Positions 52,874 through 61,376 of a stretch of DNA of 64,000 nucleotides are shown in pieces. Below the pieces are notes generated by a model. The model had not been told where the DNA came from. It was given only the letters and a program-made list of their open reading frames with translations, and did not search any database. Position numbers and translations under genes: made by a program. The DNA comes from Rhodanobacteraceae bacterium (GTDB lineage Bacteria; Pseudomonadota; Gammaproteobacteria; Xanthomonadales; Rhodanobacteraceae): the NCBI GenBank assembly GCA_035699085.1, contig DASSBG010000004.1, positions 50,281 through 114,280 on the forward strand, written 5' to 3'. Position 1 is the stretch's first letter. Every line of letters starts with the position of its first letter.

Positions 52874-53171
52874 GGGATTCGGGACCGGGGACCGGGGACC
52901 GGGGACCAGGGACCGGGGACCAGGGACCAGGGACCAAGGACCAGGGACCAGGGACCAGGGACCAGGGACCAGGGACCAGGGACCAGGGACCGGGGACCGG
53001 AAGAGCGAACGCCGGGGCCACCAATGCAGCAACCCTGCATGATTTTGCTCTGGCCATCATCAAGGGAACGCAAAACGACACGCGGCGGCACCGCCCGTGC
53101 GACTGCGACACTGTCCCCGCGCATCCCGGTCCCTGGTCCCCGGTCCCGGTCCCCGTTGCGCCGAGTCCCGG
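52874..53171. repeat. composite heptamer-array element with an 18-unit arm
   Basis: 18 consecutive 7-nt units at 52874-52999: GGGATTC, then GGGACCG/GGGACCA variants and one AGGACCA. 125-bp core. Inverted CCCGGTCCCTGGTCCCCGGTCCCGGTCCCCG at 53125-53155, plus GAGTCCCGG at 53163-53171. Confidence 0.92.
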
Positions 53172-53254
53172 CGCACTTAATACGCATTTAAGCCGGCATC
53201 CGATAGCGTCGCGGCGGCGCGTCGCGCGCACTGGGCCCTGACACAGGTTGCTGC

Positions 53255-54229
53255 ATGGATCCCGATGGTGCGGTACACATTCCCGCCACCCCGACCCATC
53301 GGCTGGAGCTTTCTCCGGCGCGCTGGCGCGCGCGCGCGCCGCGGCGCTACAACGACGACGCCCGCGCGTATCTCTGGAACCTGCGCTGGGGCCACCGCGG
53401 CCGTGACCGTGGCCCGGTGGTGGTGGTGCTGGCGGTGGTGCTGCTGGCGCACGTTGCGGCTTTCACGCTGCTGCGGCTGACAACCGCGACGCCGCTGCGG
53501 CAACCGGCAGTGAGTGTGGACGAGCGGGACGTGATGCAGGTGCGCCTGATCGAGCCGCCGCCGCCTTCGCCGGCGCCGCCGATGCAGGTGCTGCCGCCGA
53601 CGCAGGTTGGCCAGCCGCGGCCCGCGTCACCAGGCGTGCCGCCGCGACCGCCGCCAGCGGCCCCGTCACCGCCCGCACGGCCGGTGGCGGAGAAGACACC
53701 GGCATCGACGCCGCAGGTGCATTTCTATGACGCGCAGGGGAGGGTGCTGTTGTCGCCGACGCCGCCAGCGCCAGCGGCGTCGGTCGCGGACTACCGGCCG
53801 CATCTGCCGAAGGGCTCGGCGAAGCTGATGCATCCGCCGCCGCCGCCGATCGTCTACACGCCGACCAAGCTGGAAAAGTATTTCGTGCCCGCAGACGAGA
53901 ACCTGCTGCAAAAGGCCGTGCGCAAAACGCTGGTGAAACACACGTTCCACCTGCCCTTTGGCCTCAATTACACCTGCGTGGTCGCTCCGCTGGCGGTCGC
54001 CGGCGTTTGCGGGTTTACCGCGCCGGAGCAACTGTCGGCGCCGCTGCAAGTGAGCAATACACGCGACAACCTGGCGCCGGCGACGCCGCTGATCCGCAAG
54101 CCCCAGCCGTCCACGGCTGCCTCCACCGTGCCGGCGCCGGCACCCGCGGAATCGGCGCCGGCCGTGCCCGCGCTTATCCCGCCGGCGGCCGGGTCACAGC
54201 AGTTTTTGCAGTCCGGGCAGCAGCGGTAG
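53255..54229 (+). CDS. proline-rich membrane-anchored hypothetical protein
   Basis: High GC3 throughout. N-terminal TM (VVVVLAVVLLAHVAAFTLL), a long P-rich spacer, and a ~130-aa C-terminal region with no recognised family. The 3' end overlaps the convergent iorB-like gene by 36 nt. Confidence 0.6.
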   Translation: MDPDGAVHIPATPTHRLELSPARWRARAPRRYNDDARAYLWNLRWGHRGRDRGPVVVVLAVVLLAHVAAFTLLRLTTATPLRQPAVSVDERDVMQVRLIEPPPPSPAPPMQVLPPTQVGQPRPASPGVPPRPPPAAPSPPARPVAEKTPASTPQVHFYDAQGRVLLSPTPPAPAASVADYRPHLPKGSAKLMHPPPPPIVYTPTKLEKYFVPADENLLQKAVRKTLVKHTFHLPFGLNYTCVVAPLAVAGVCGFTAPEQLSAPLQVSNTRDNLAPATPLIRKPQPSTAASTVPAPAPAESAPAVPALIPPAAGSQQFLQSGQQR

Positions 54230-56452
54230 GCTGCGGATGCGGGCGGTGGTCGCCGCAAACACCGCGTTGGCCAGCGCTGGTGCTGCGCTGGGGAAGGCCA
54301 CCTCGCCGGCGCCGGTCGGGGTGACCTGGGAAGGCATGACGATAACCTCGACCCGGCGCGGCAGGTCCGCCGTGCGCGCCATGCGGTAGTGCTTGAGGGC
54401 GCGCTGCTGCACGGTGCCGTGGTCGATGGTGATGGCCTGCCCGAGTGCGGCCGACAGCGCGTCCAGCGTCGCGCCCTCGGCTTGTGCGACGACGCCCAGC
54501 GGATTGATGGCGCGGCCGACATCGACCGCGCAAACGGCGCGCTGGAAACGCAGCTTGCCGGCACGCGTCGACACCTCGAAGGCATGCGCGGCGTAGCTGC
54601 CGAAGGTGAAGTGGCAGGCGATGCCCAAGCCGTGGCCGTTGCGCCGCCGGCGCGTCCACTCGATCCGCTCTGCCACCGCCCGGAGCACCGCCGCCAGCCT
54701 CCCGGTGTCCAGCGTCGGACCGCCGAAGCCCCTGTAGGGCAGCGTGCGAGCCTCGCCCAGCAATTCCAGGCGCAGGGCCAGCGGGTCGCGGCGGGCGGCG
54801 TGGGCAATTTCGTCGAGAAAGCATTCGACCGCGAAGGCCGTGGCGTTGTGGCCGGGTGCGCGATAGTTGCCGCGCGCGGCGGCGGAGTCGAGGCCGTGCC
54901 AGAGCAGCTCCAGGTTGTCGACCAGGCCGGCCGGAGGATCGTCCGGATACATCACCGCGTGCCAGAGGCCGTCCTGCGGCACGCCACGCCCATGCCAGGG
55001 CGAGGTGCTGGCCATGTGCTGACGCCAGCCGAGGATGCGACCGTGTCGGTCGAGCGACGCGCGGATGCGCTGCAGACTGAAGGGACGGAAGGCATCGTTA
55101 GCGAGGTCGTCGTCGCGGGTCCACATCAACTTGATCGGCCGCTTCGCGGCCTGCGCGACCAGGATCGCCTCGGCGACGAAGTCGCTGTCCAGCCGGCGGC
55201 CGAAGCCACCGCCCATGCGCGGAAAGTTGATGTCGATCTGCTCCGCCTTTAGCCCCGTGAGGCGCTGGGTCACGGCAAAGGCCGCGGCGGGGTCCTGGGT
55301 CGGCACCTGCAGCGTCGCTCGGTCGCTCTCGATTCGCACGTGCACGGCCAGCGGCTCCATGGTGACGTGGGCGAGGTAGGGCAGGGCGTAGGTTGCCTCG
55401 ACATGCTTTGTTGCCTTGCGGTCGGCGGCCTCTACATCACCATCGCGCCGTACCGCCAGCGCGTCCTCCGGCGCATCGAGCACCTTCTGCGCCTGCGCCA
55501 GCAGGCCGGCCGTGCTTTCGTCGGCGTGGGCGCGCGCCTGCCAGTGCAGCTGCAGCGCCTTGCGCCCCTGCAGCGCGGCCCAGGTGCTGCGCGCCAGTAC
55601 CGCCACCGCCGCCGCCAGTGGCCGGGTGCCCAGCGGCAGTTCGTCGCTCGGCGCCGGCAGCTGCACGATCTGCTCGACGCCGTCCACCTTGCGCGCGGCG
55701 CTGTCGTCGAAGTACTGCAGGTCGCCGTCCAGACAGGGGCAGCGCGCCAGCACCGCGACCAGCGCGTCGGCCGGCCACGCGTCGATCACGAAACGCTGGC
55801 GGCCGCGGACCATTGCATCGGCGTCGACGTCGCCCGCGCGCTGGCCGATCAGCGCGTAATCCTGCGGCTGCTTCAGCGCTGGTGGCGTCGTCGGCAGCGA
55901 CAGCTTGGCCGCGGCGGCGGCCAACTCGCCGTAGGAAAGGCTGGCGCCGCCGGGAGCGATGACGCGGGACTTGGCGCAGCGCAGCTCCGCCGCGGACTGC
56001 TTCCAGTGGCGCGCCGCGGCCTCGCGCATCAACCAGCGCGCGCTGGCGCCAACCTGGCGCAAATCCTCCCAGGCCGCGGCCATGGTGGTGCTGCCGCGCG
56101 CGTCCTGGGTGCCCAGGGTGAACTGCGGCGTGCCATGCTCGCTGACCACGCCCAGGGCCATCGGCAACACGGTAACGCGGGTCCAGTCGGCGGCGAACTC
56201 GTCGGCGATGATGCGCGCCAGCGCGGTGTGCGAGCCCTGGCCGAAATCCGGCGCACGCGCGCCGATGAAGATGCGGCCGTCCGGCTCCACCCGGAGGTAC
56301 GGCCCCAGCGCCGTGGTGTTTTCGCCGAGCAGCGCCAGGTCCGGGTCGGCGGCCAGTGCCGGCAGACTGCGCAGCCCGACCAGCAGCCCGCCACCAGCCA
56401 GCGCCATCACCTGCAGGAAGCGGCGGCGCGAACGATCCGCCGGCTCGCTCAC
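54194..56452 (-). CDS. molybdopterin-dependent oxidoreductase, large subunit (IorB / aldehyde oxidase-xanthine dehydrogenase family)
   Basis: Tat signal SRRRFLQVMALAGGGLLVG. 752 aa with family-typical segments (..GGGFGRRL.., ..GAGEVAFPSAAPALANAVF..). Confidence 0.88.
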   Translation of the reverse strand: MSEPADRSRRRFLQVMALAGGGLLVGLRSLPALAADPDLALLGENTTALGPYLRVEPDGRIFIGARAPDFGQGSHTALARIIADEFAADWTRVTVLPMALGVVSEHGTPQFTLGTQDARGSTTMAAAWEDLRQVGASARWLMREAAARHWKQSAAELRCAKSRVIAPGGASLSYGELAAAAAKLSLPTTPPALKQPQDYALIGQRAGDVDADAMVRGRQRFVIDAWPADALVAVLARCPCLDGDLQYFDDSAARKVDGVEQIVQLPAPSDELPLGTRPLAAAVAVLARSTWAALQGRKALQLHWQARAHADESTAGLLAQAQKVLDAPEDALAVRRDGDVEAADRKATKHVEATYALPYLAHVTMEPLAVHVRIESDRATLQVPTQDPAAAFAVTQRLTGLKAEQIDINFPRMGGGFGRRLDSDFVAEAILVAQAAKRPIKLMWTRDDDLANDAFRPFSLQRIRASLDRHGRILGWRQHMASTSPWHGRGVPQDGLWHAVMYPDDPPAGLVDNLELLWHGLDSAAARGNYRAPGHNATAFAVECFLDEIAHAARRDPLALRLELLGEARTLPYRGFGGPTLDTGRLAAVLRAVAERIEWTRRRRNGHGLGIACHFTFGSYAAHAFEVSTRAGKLRFQRAVCAVDVGRAINPLGVVAQAEGATLDALSAALGQAITIDHGTVQQRALKHYRMARTADLPRRVEVIVMPSQVTPTGAGEVAFPSAAPALANAVFAATTARIRSLPLLPGLQKLL

Positions 56453-56973
56453 GTGGCTTTCCGCCGTGCTGCCGCGACTTGCCGGATGGCGACCCGAAAC
56501 CGCGGGTAGAGGCCGCAGCGGCAGAGGTTGCTCAGGCTGTCGATGTCGCCGTCATCGGCGCGCGGCTTGCGCTTGAGCAGCGCTGCGGCGGCCATCAACT
56601 GGCCCGGCGCGCAATAGCCGCAGCCAATCGCGTCGTTGTCGATGAAAGCCTGTTGCAACGCGTGCAGTGTGCCGTCGGCGGCGGCCAGGCCCTCGACCGT
56701 GGTCACCGCGTGTGCTGCCAGTTTCGCCATCGGCTGGCGGCAAGCGCGCACCGCCTTGCCGTCGAGCAGCACGGTGCAGGCTCCGCAGTCCTCGCCGTCG
56801 CAGCCGTACTTTGTGCCCGTGAGGCGGAGTACGTCGCGCAGGTACCAGAGCAGCGGCATGTCCGGGTCGCCGGTGTGCCGGTAGGTTTCGCCGTTGATGA
56901 CGAGGTCGACGCCCTCGCGCACCGGCTCGGGCTTGATCGCGTCGGCTTGCGTGGGCAGGAACTGTAGCGGCAC
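56449..56973 (-). CDS. (2Fe-2S)-binding small subunit (IorA-like)
   Basis: INGETYRHTGDPDMPLLWYLRDVLRLTGTKYGCDGEDCGACTVLLDG...GCGYCAPG...CRCG. There is no ATG, so GTG at 56973 (GGAG 8 nt upstream) is proposed. 4-nt overlap with the large subunit. Confidence 0.85.
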   Translation of the reverse strand: MPLQFLPTQADAIKPEPVREGVDLVINGETYRHTGDPDMPLLWYLRDVLRLTGTKYGCDGEDCGACTVLLDGKAVRACRQPMAKLAAHAVTTVEGLAAADGTLHALQQAFIDNDAIGCGYCAPGQLMAAAALLKRKPRADDGDIDSLSNLCRCGLYPRFRVAIRQVAAARRKAT

Positions 56974-57115
56974 TCGGGGCTCCGTGGGCGCGTCGCCGCC
57001 TTGAGGATAGCAGCGCGCGGTGTGACCGCTGATTCTTGCATTGCACGCGCCACCGCGGGCAGCATCCGGCTGAACGGGCGGCGCCGCCTGTCGGATCCCC
57101 GCGTCGGCCGGGGTG

Positions 57116-57160
57116 GCCGCAGGTCGGGTTGGCGGCAGATCGGGTTGGCGCCGCAGGCGC
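57116..57160. repeat. REP-like element
   Basis: GCCGCAGGTCGGGTTGGCGGCAGATCGGGTTGGCGCCGCAGGCGC. Related, in reverse orientation, to 35803-35839 and 40536-40574. Confidence 0.6.
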
Positions 57161-57364
57161 ATGCCCGGCATCCTCGATCACACACGCGGCATTGTCCGCT
57201 GGCCGTCGTGGGCCCTGTGCGACCTGCGGCCAAGGGGCGTTTCCGGCGCAGATCGCGCGCGCGGCTTGTGTCGCGGCGTGGCGGGCGGCAAAGTGGCGCG
57301 GTTTCCGCATGCGTTCCGCACATTGCGCGCTGGCGATGGATGATGACCACCCGACGGCCCACAA

Positions 57365-60031
57365 ATGACTGACCACGGCACCGACATGGATGCCGCCACG
57401 GGCGGCGCCGCCGACGGCGCCGCCGCGCCGCCGCCGGTACTGGCGCCGGATGCGCCGTGGATCGTGATGAAGTTCGGCGGCAGCAGTGTGGCCAGCGCCG
57501 AGGCCTGGGACAGCATCCGTGCGCTGGTCGCCGCACGCCGCGCCGAAGGCGCGCGCGTTCTGGTGGTTGTGTCGGCGCTGGCCGGCATCACCGACGCCCT
57601 GCGGGCGCTGTGCAAGGCGGCCACGCGCGAGGCCCGGCTTGCCGCGGTTGACCAGATTGCGCAGCGCCACCATGCGTTGCTCGCAAACCTGGGGCTGCCG
57701 CTGCCGGAGGCGGTCGAGGCGCGCCTGCTGGAACTGCGGCGCCTGGCCGAAGCCGAGGCCTGGGTGGTCGTCGAGCTGGCCTGGCAGGCGCAGGTGCAGG
57801 CGCACGGCGAGTTGTTGTCGAGCGCGCTGGGCGCGGCCTGGCTCAGCGCCCACGGCCTTGCCACCCACTGGCTGGATGCGCGTGGCTGCCTGGCGGCGGT
57901 GGCGCTGCCCAACCAGAGCGAGCGCACCCGCATGCTCTCGGCGATGGTCGACGCGCAGCCGGACGCCGAGTTGCACGCCTGGTTGACCGGGCTGGGTGAC
58001 GTTTTCATCACCCAGGGGTTCATCGCACGCGACGCCGAGGGCCGCACCGTGCTGCTCGGCCGCGGCGGCTCGGACACCTCGGCGGCCTACTTCGGCGCCT
58101 TGCTGCGCGCCGCGCGGGTCGAAATCTGGACCGACGTCGCCGGCATGTTCAGCGCCAACCCGCGCAAGGTGCCGGGCGCGCGGCTGCTGCGGCGGCTGGA
58201 TTACGAGGAGGCACAGGAGATCGCCACCACCGGCGGCAAGGTGCTGCACCCGCGCTGCCTGGCGCCGCTGCGCGAGCCGGGCGTGCCGCTGCTGATCAAG
58301 GACACCGCGCGGCCGGAGCTGGACGGCACGGTGATCGGGCCGAAGGTTCGCGAGCATGCGCCCAGCGTCAAGGCGATCAGCGCGCGCAGCGGCATCACCC
58401 TGGTGTCGATGGAGTCGGTGGGCATGTGGCAGCAAGTCGGCTTTCTCGCCGATGTCTTCGACGCATTCAAGCGCCACGGCTTGTCGGTGGACCTGATCGG
58501 CTCCGCCGAGACCAACGTCACCGTCTCGCTTGACCCGACGGCAAACCTGCTCGATTCCGACGCCGTCGCCGCGCTGGCGGCGGACCTCGCGCAGGTCTGC
58601 CGGGTCAAGGTGATCGCGCCCTGCGCCGCCATCACCATGGTCGGCCGCGGCATGCGTTCGCTGCTGCCCACGCTGTCGACGGTGCTGGCGGAGTTCGGCC
58701 AGTTGCGCGTGCACCTGGTCTCGCAGTCGTCCAACAACCTCAACCTGACGTTCGTGGTCGACGAGGAAGTCGTTGACCGCCTGCTGCCGCACCTGCACGA
58801 CCTGCTGATCGGCGCCGGTGCGTTGCGCACCGACGACGGGGTGCTGTTCGGGTCGAGCTGGCGCGCGCTCTACGGTGGCGGCGAACGGGGCCGTGCCGCG
58901 ACGTTCTGGTGGCGGCAAGCGCGGCGCGCCAAGCTGCTGGAGCTGGCTGCCGAGGCGACGCCCCGCTATGTCTACCACCTGCCGACCGTGCGCGCGCAGG
59001 CGGCAAGGCTGCAGCAGCTGTCCGCCGTGGATCGGCTGCACTACGCGATCAAGGCCAACCCGCATCCGGCCATCCTGCGCGCGCTCGCGGCGCAGGGGCT
59101 GGGCTTCGAATGCGTCTCGCCCGGCGAACTGGAGGCCGTTGCCGCGGCAGTGCCTGGCGGGTCGCCGCTGCTGTTCACGCCCAACTTCGCGCCGCGCGAG
59201 GATTACCGCCGCGCACTGGCGGCCTCTGCGGTCGTGACAGTCGACGCGTTGCATCCGCTGGAGCACTGGAGCGAGCTGTTCGCCGGCCGCGAGCTGATGC
59301 TGCGGCTCGACCTCGGCCGCGGCTTCGGCCACCACGGCAAGGTGCGCACCGGCGGCAATGGCAGCAAGTTCGGCCTGCCGCTTGACCAGCTGGATCGGTT
59401 CCGTCGCCTGGCGCGCAACCGCAAGGTGAAGATAACCGGCCTCCACGCACACCTTGGCTCCGGCATCCTCGACGCCGCCCACTGGGGCGAGGTGTATGCG
59501 CAGCTGGCCAGCCTGGCCGAGCGCATGGACGATGTCGAGGTGCTGGATGTCGGCGGCGGGCTCGGCGTGCCGGCGCATCCGGATGAGCCGGAGCTGGACC
59601 TGGCGGCGCTGGACTGCACGCTCGCGGAGGTCAAGGCGGCTTATCCGCACTACCGGCTGTGGCTTGAGCCGGGCCGCTTCCTGGTGGCCGACGCCGGCGT
59701 GCTGCTGGCCCGCGTGACGCAATGCAAGGACAAGGGCGCGCTGCGCTACGTCGGTGTCGATGCCGGCATGAACGTTCTGCTGCGCCCGGCCCTGTACGAC
59801 GCCTGGCACGATATCGTCAACCTCAGCCGCCTGGACGAGCCGGCAACCGCGCTGTGCCAGGTTGTCGGGCCGATCTGCGAGAGCGGCGACGTGCTTGGCA
59901 GCGACCGCCGGCTGCCGGAGTCGCGCGAGGGCGACGTGATCCTGATCGCGCAGGCCGGCGCCTACGGCGCGGTGATGGCCTCCAACTACAACGCGCGCGG
60001 CCTGGCCGCCGAGGTGGTGCTGGATGACTGA
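57365..60031 (+). CDS. bifunctional aspartate kinase / diaminopimelate decarboxylase
   Basis: N-terminal half has VMKFGGSSV, SALAGITDAL and ACT-like regions. C-terminal half has YAIKANPHPAIL (PLP-Lys), HLGSG, LEPGRFLVADAG and GPICESGDVLG. Confidence 0.93.
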   Translation: MTDHGTDMDAATGGAADGAAAPPPVLAPDAPWIVMKFGGSSVASAEAWDSIRALVAARRAEGARVLVVVSALAGITDALRALCKAATREARLAAVDQIAQRHHALLANLGLPLPEAVEARLLELRRLAEAEAWVVVELAWQAQVQAHGELLSSALGAAWLSAHGLATHWLDARGCLAAVALPNQSERTRMLSAMVDAQPDAELHAWLTGLGDVFITQGFIARDAEGRTVLLGRGGSDTSAAYFGALLRAARVEIWTDVAGMFSANPRKVPGARLLRRLDYEEAQEIATTGGKVLHPRCLAPLREPGVPLLIKDTARPELDGTVIGPKVREHAPSVKAISARSGITLVSMESVGMWQQVGFLADVFDAFKRHGLSVDLIGSAETNVTVSLDPTANLLDSDAVAALAADLAQVCRVKVIAPCAAITMVGRGMRSLLPTLSTVLAEFGQLRVHLVSQSSNNLNLTFVVDEEVVDRLLPHLHDLLIGAGALRTDDGVLFGSSWRALYGGGERGRAATFWWRQARRAKLLELAAEATPRYVYHLPTVRAQAARLQQLSAVDRLHYAIKANPHPAILRALAAQGLGFECVSPGELEAVAAAVPGGSPLLFTPNFAPREDYRRALAASAVVTVDALHPLEHWSELFAGRELMLRLDLGRGFGHHGKVRTGGNGSKFGLPLDQLDRFRRLARNRKVKITGLHAHLGSGILDAAHWGEVYAQLASLAERMDDVEVLDVGGGLGVPAHPDEPELDLAALDCTLAEVKAAYPHYRLWLEPGRFLVADAGVLLARVTQCKDKGALRYVGVDAGMNVLLRPALYDAWHDIVNLSRLDEPATALCQVVGPICESGDVLGSDRRLPESREGDVILIAQAGAYGAVMASNYNARGLAAEVVLDD

Positions 60032-61376
60032 ACTGGCCGACCCGCGCCGCGCGCAGGTCTTTCGCTTTGTCCGCCACGACTGGGCCGATGGCGTGGCCGA
60101 GCTCGCCTATGCCTATGACGACGGCCCCGAGCTGGTCGAGCGCATCCGCTTTCCGCAGGCGCCGGCGCCGCAGCCGCAGCGGCAGCCAGCCTTTGCCGCG
60201 GCGCTGCGCCTGCTGCACCTGGTGGCCGGCGTCAGCTACTACAAGGCCGGCGTGCCGCCGCGCATAGCCATCGATGCCGGGCCGCTGGACGACGCCAGCG
60301 CCGGGCTGCTGGACACGCTCTACCTGGATGGCCTGGCCGAGTTCGCCTACCGCAACGGCCTTGACCTGCGCGAGCGCATCCGGTTTCCCCGCGGCGCGCC
60401 GGCCGTGCCCCCGGCGCGCCCGGCCGGGCTGTCAGCGAACACGCTGGTGCCTATCGGCGGCGGCAAGGACTCGCTGGTGGCGATCGAGGCGATCAAGTCC
60501 ATCGGCGCCGACGCCACCGTCACCTGGGTTGGCCATTCGCCGCTGATCGCCGCCTGCGCCGCACGCACCGGCCTGCCGACGCTGAACATCGGTCGCGAGC
60601 TGTCGCCGCTGCTGTTCGAGTACAACCGCATGGGCGCCTGGAACGGCCACATCCCGGTCACCGCGATCAACTCGGCGATCCTGGCGCTGGCGGCGGTGCT
60701 CTACGGCCACGACAGCATCGCCTTCGCCAACGAGCGCTCGGCCTCGGCGGCGACACTGGAATACCAGGGCCGCGCGGTCAACCACCAGTGGAGCAAGGGG
60801 CTGGCCTTCGAACGCGCCTTCGGCGAGCTGCTGAAGGCACAGGTGGCGGCCGACCTCGACTACTGTTCGCTGCTGCGGCCGTTTTCCGAGCTGGCGGTCA
60901 CCGCGGCTTTCGCCCGCCTCGGCGGCGACTATTTCGATGTGTTCTCCAGCTGCAACCGCAACTTTCGCATCCTCGGGCCGCGGCCGGCCGACCGCTGGTG
61001 CGGGCAGTGCCCCAAGTGCCACTTCGTGTTCCTGGCGCTGGCACCGTTCATGCCCAAGCCGCGGCTGCTGTCGATCCTTGGCCGCAACCTGCTTGACGAC
61101 GAGTCGCTGGCCGGTGCTTTCGACGCGCTGATGGAGTACCGCGACCACAAGCCCTTCGAATGCGTTGGTGAAGGCGCCGAGGCGCGCGCGGCGATGGCGG
61201 CGCTGGCGGCGCGGCCGGAGTGGGCCGAGGACGCGTTGGTAGCGCGCTTCCGCCGCGAGATCCTGCCGCAGCTCGACCGCGGCGAGCTGGCGCTGGAGCC
61301 GTGGTTGCAAGCCTCGCCGGAGCACCGCGTTCCGGCGCGGCTGGGTGGAGCGCTCGATGCGATTTGCACAGCTTGA
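60024..61376 (+). CDS. murL: UDP-MurNAc-L-Ala-L-Glu epimerase MurL-like protein
   Basis: 450 aa with PP-loop-like IGGGKDSLV and the CGQCPKCHFVF Cys cluster. Located directly upstream of, and overlapping, a second-type MurD ligase, as in the MurD2/MurL pathway reported for Xanthomonas oryzae. Confidence 0.7.
   Translation: MTELADPRRAQVFRFVRHDWADGVAELAYAYDDGPELVERIRFPQAPAPQPQRQPAFAAALRLLHLVAGVSYYKAGVPPRIAIDAGPLDDASAGLLDTLYLDGLAEFAYRNGLDLRERIRFPRGAPAVPPARPAGLSANTLVPIGGGKDSLVAIEAIKSIGADATVTWVGHSPLIAACAARTGLPTLNIGRELSPLLFEYNRMGAWNGHIPVTAINSAILALAAVLYGHDSIAFANERSASAATLEYQGRAVNHQWSKGLAFERAFGELLKAQVAADLDYCSLLRPFSELAVTAAFARLGGDYFDVFSSCNRNFRILGPRPADRWCGQCPKCHFVFLALAPFMPKPRLLSILGRNLLDDESLAGAFDALMEYRDHKPFECVGEGAEARAAMAALAARPEWAEDALVARFRREILPQLDRGELALEPWLQASPEHRVPARLGGALDAICTA

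Noticed and set aside
52874-52999. Possible CRISPR array
   Set aside because: The repeat unit is 7 bp with no spacers. There are no cas genes in the window and similar arrays are scattered singly in many intergenic regions.
52553-53241. ORFs encoding PGTRDQGPGTRDQGPG / PGPWSLVPGPWSLV repeat 'proteins' (collagen-like look)
   Set aside because: They are the 7-nt array read in different frames on both strands. A 7-nt unit cannot maintain a frame-specific peptide repeat under selection, and all six frames are open here.
56974-57364. Lysine riboswitch upstream of the aspartate kinase fusion gene
   Set aside because: I could not find the conserved L-box elements (AGAGGCGC..., GGAG...CCGAGG-type helices) by eye. 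The region instead holds a REP-like repeat. A cmscan would be needed to exclude a divergent riboswitch.
56552-59809. 1085-aa ORF on the minus strand, the longest in the track
   Set aside because: It is exactly antisense to the lysC-lysA fusion gene, which has unambiguous family motifs. Its translation is R/A/G/P-rich low-complexity (RRRGGAVGGAARGG...). This is a typical high-GC shadow ORF.
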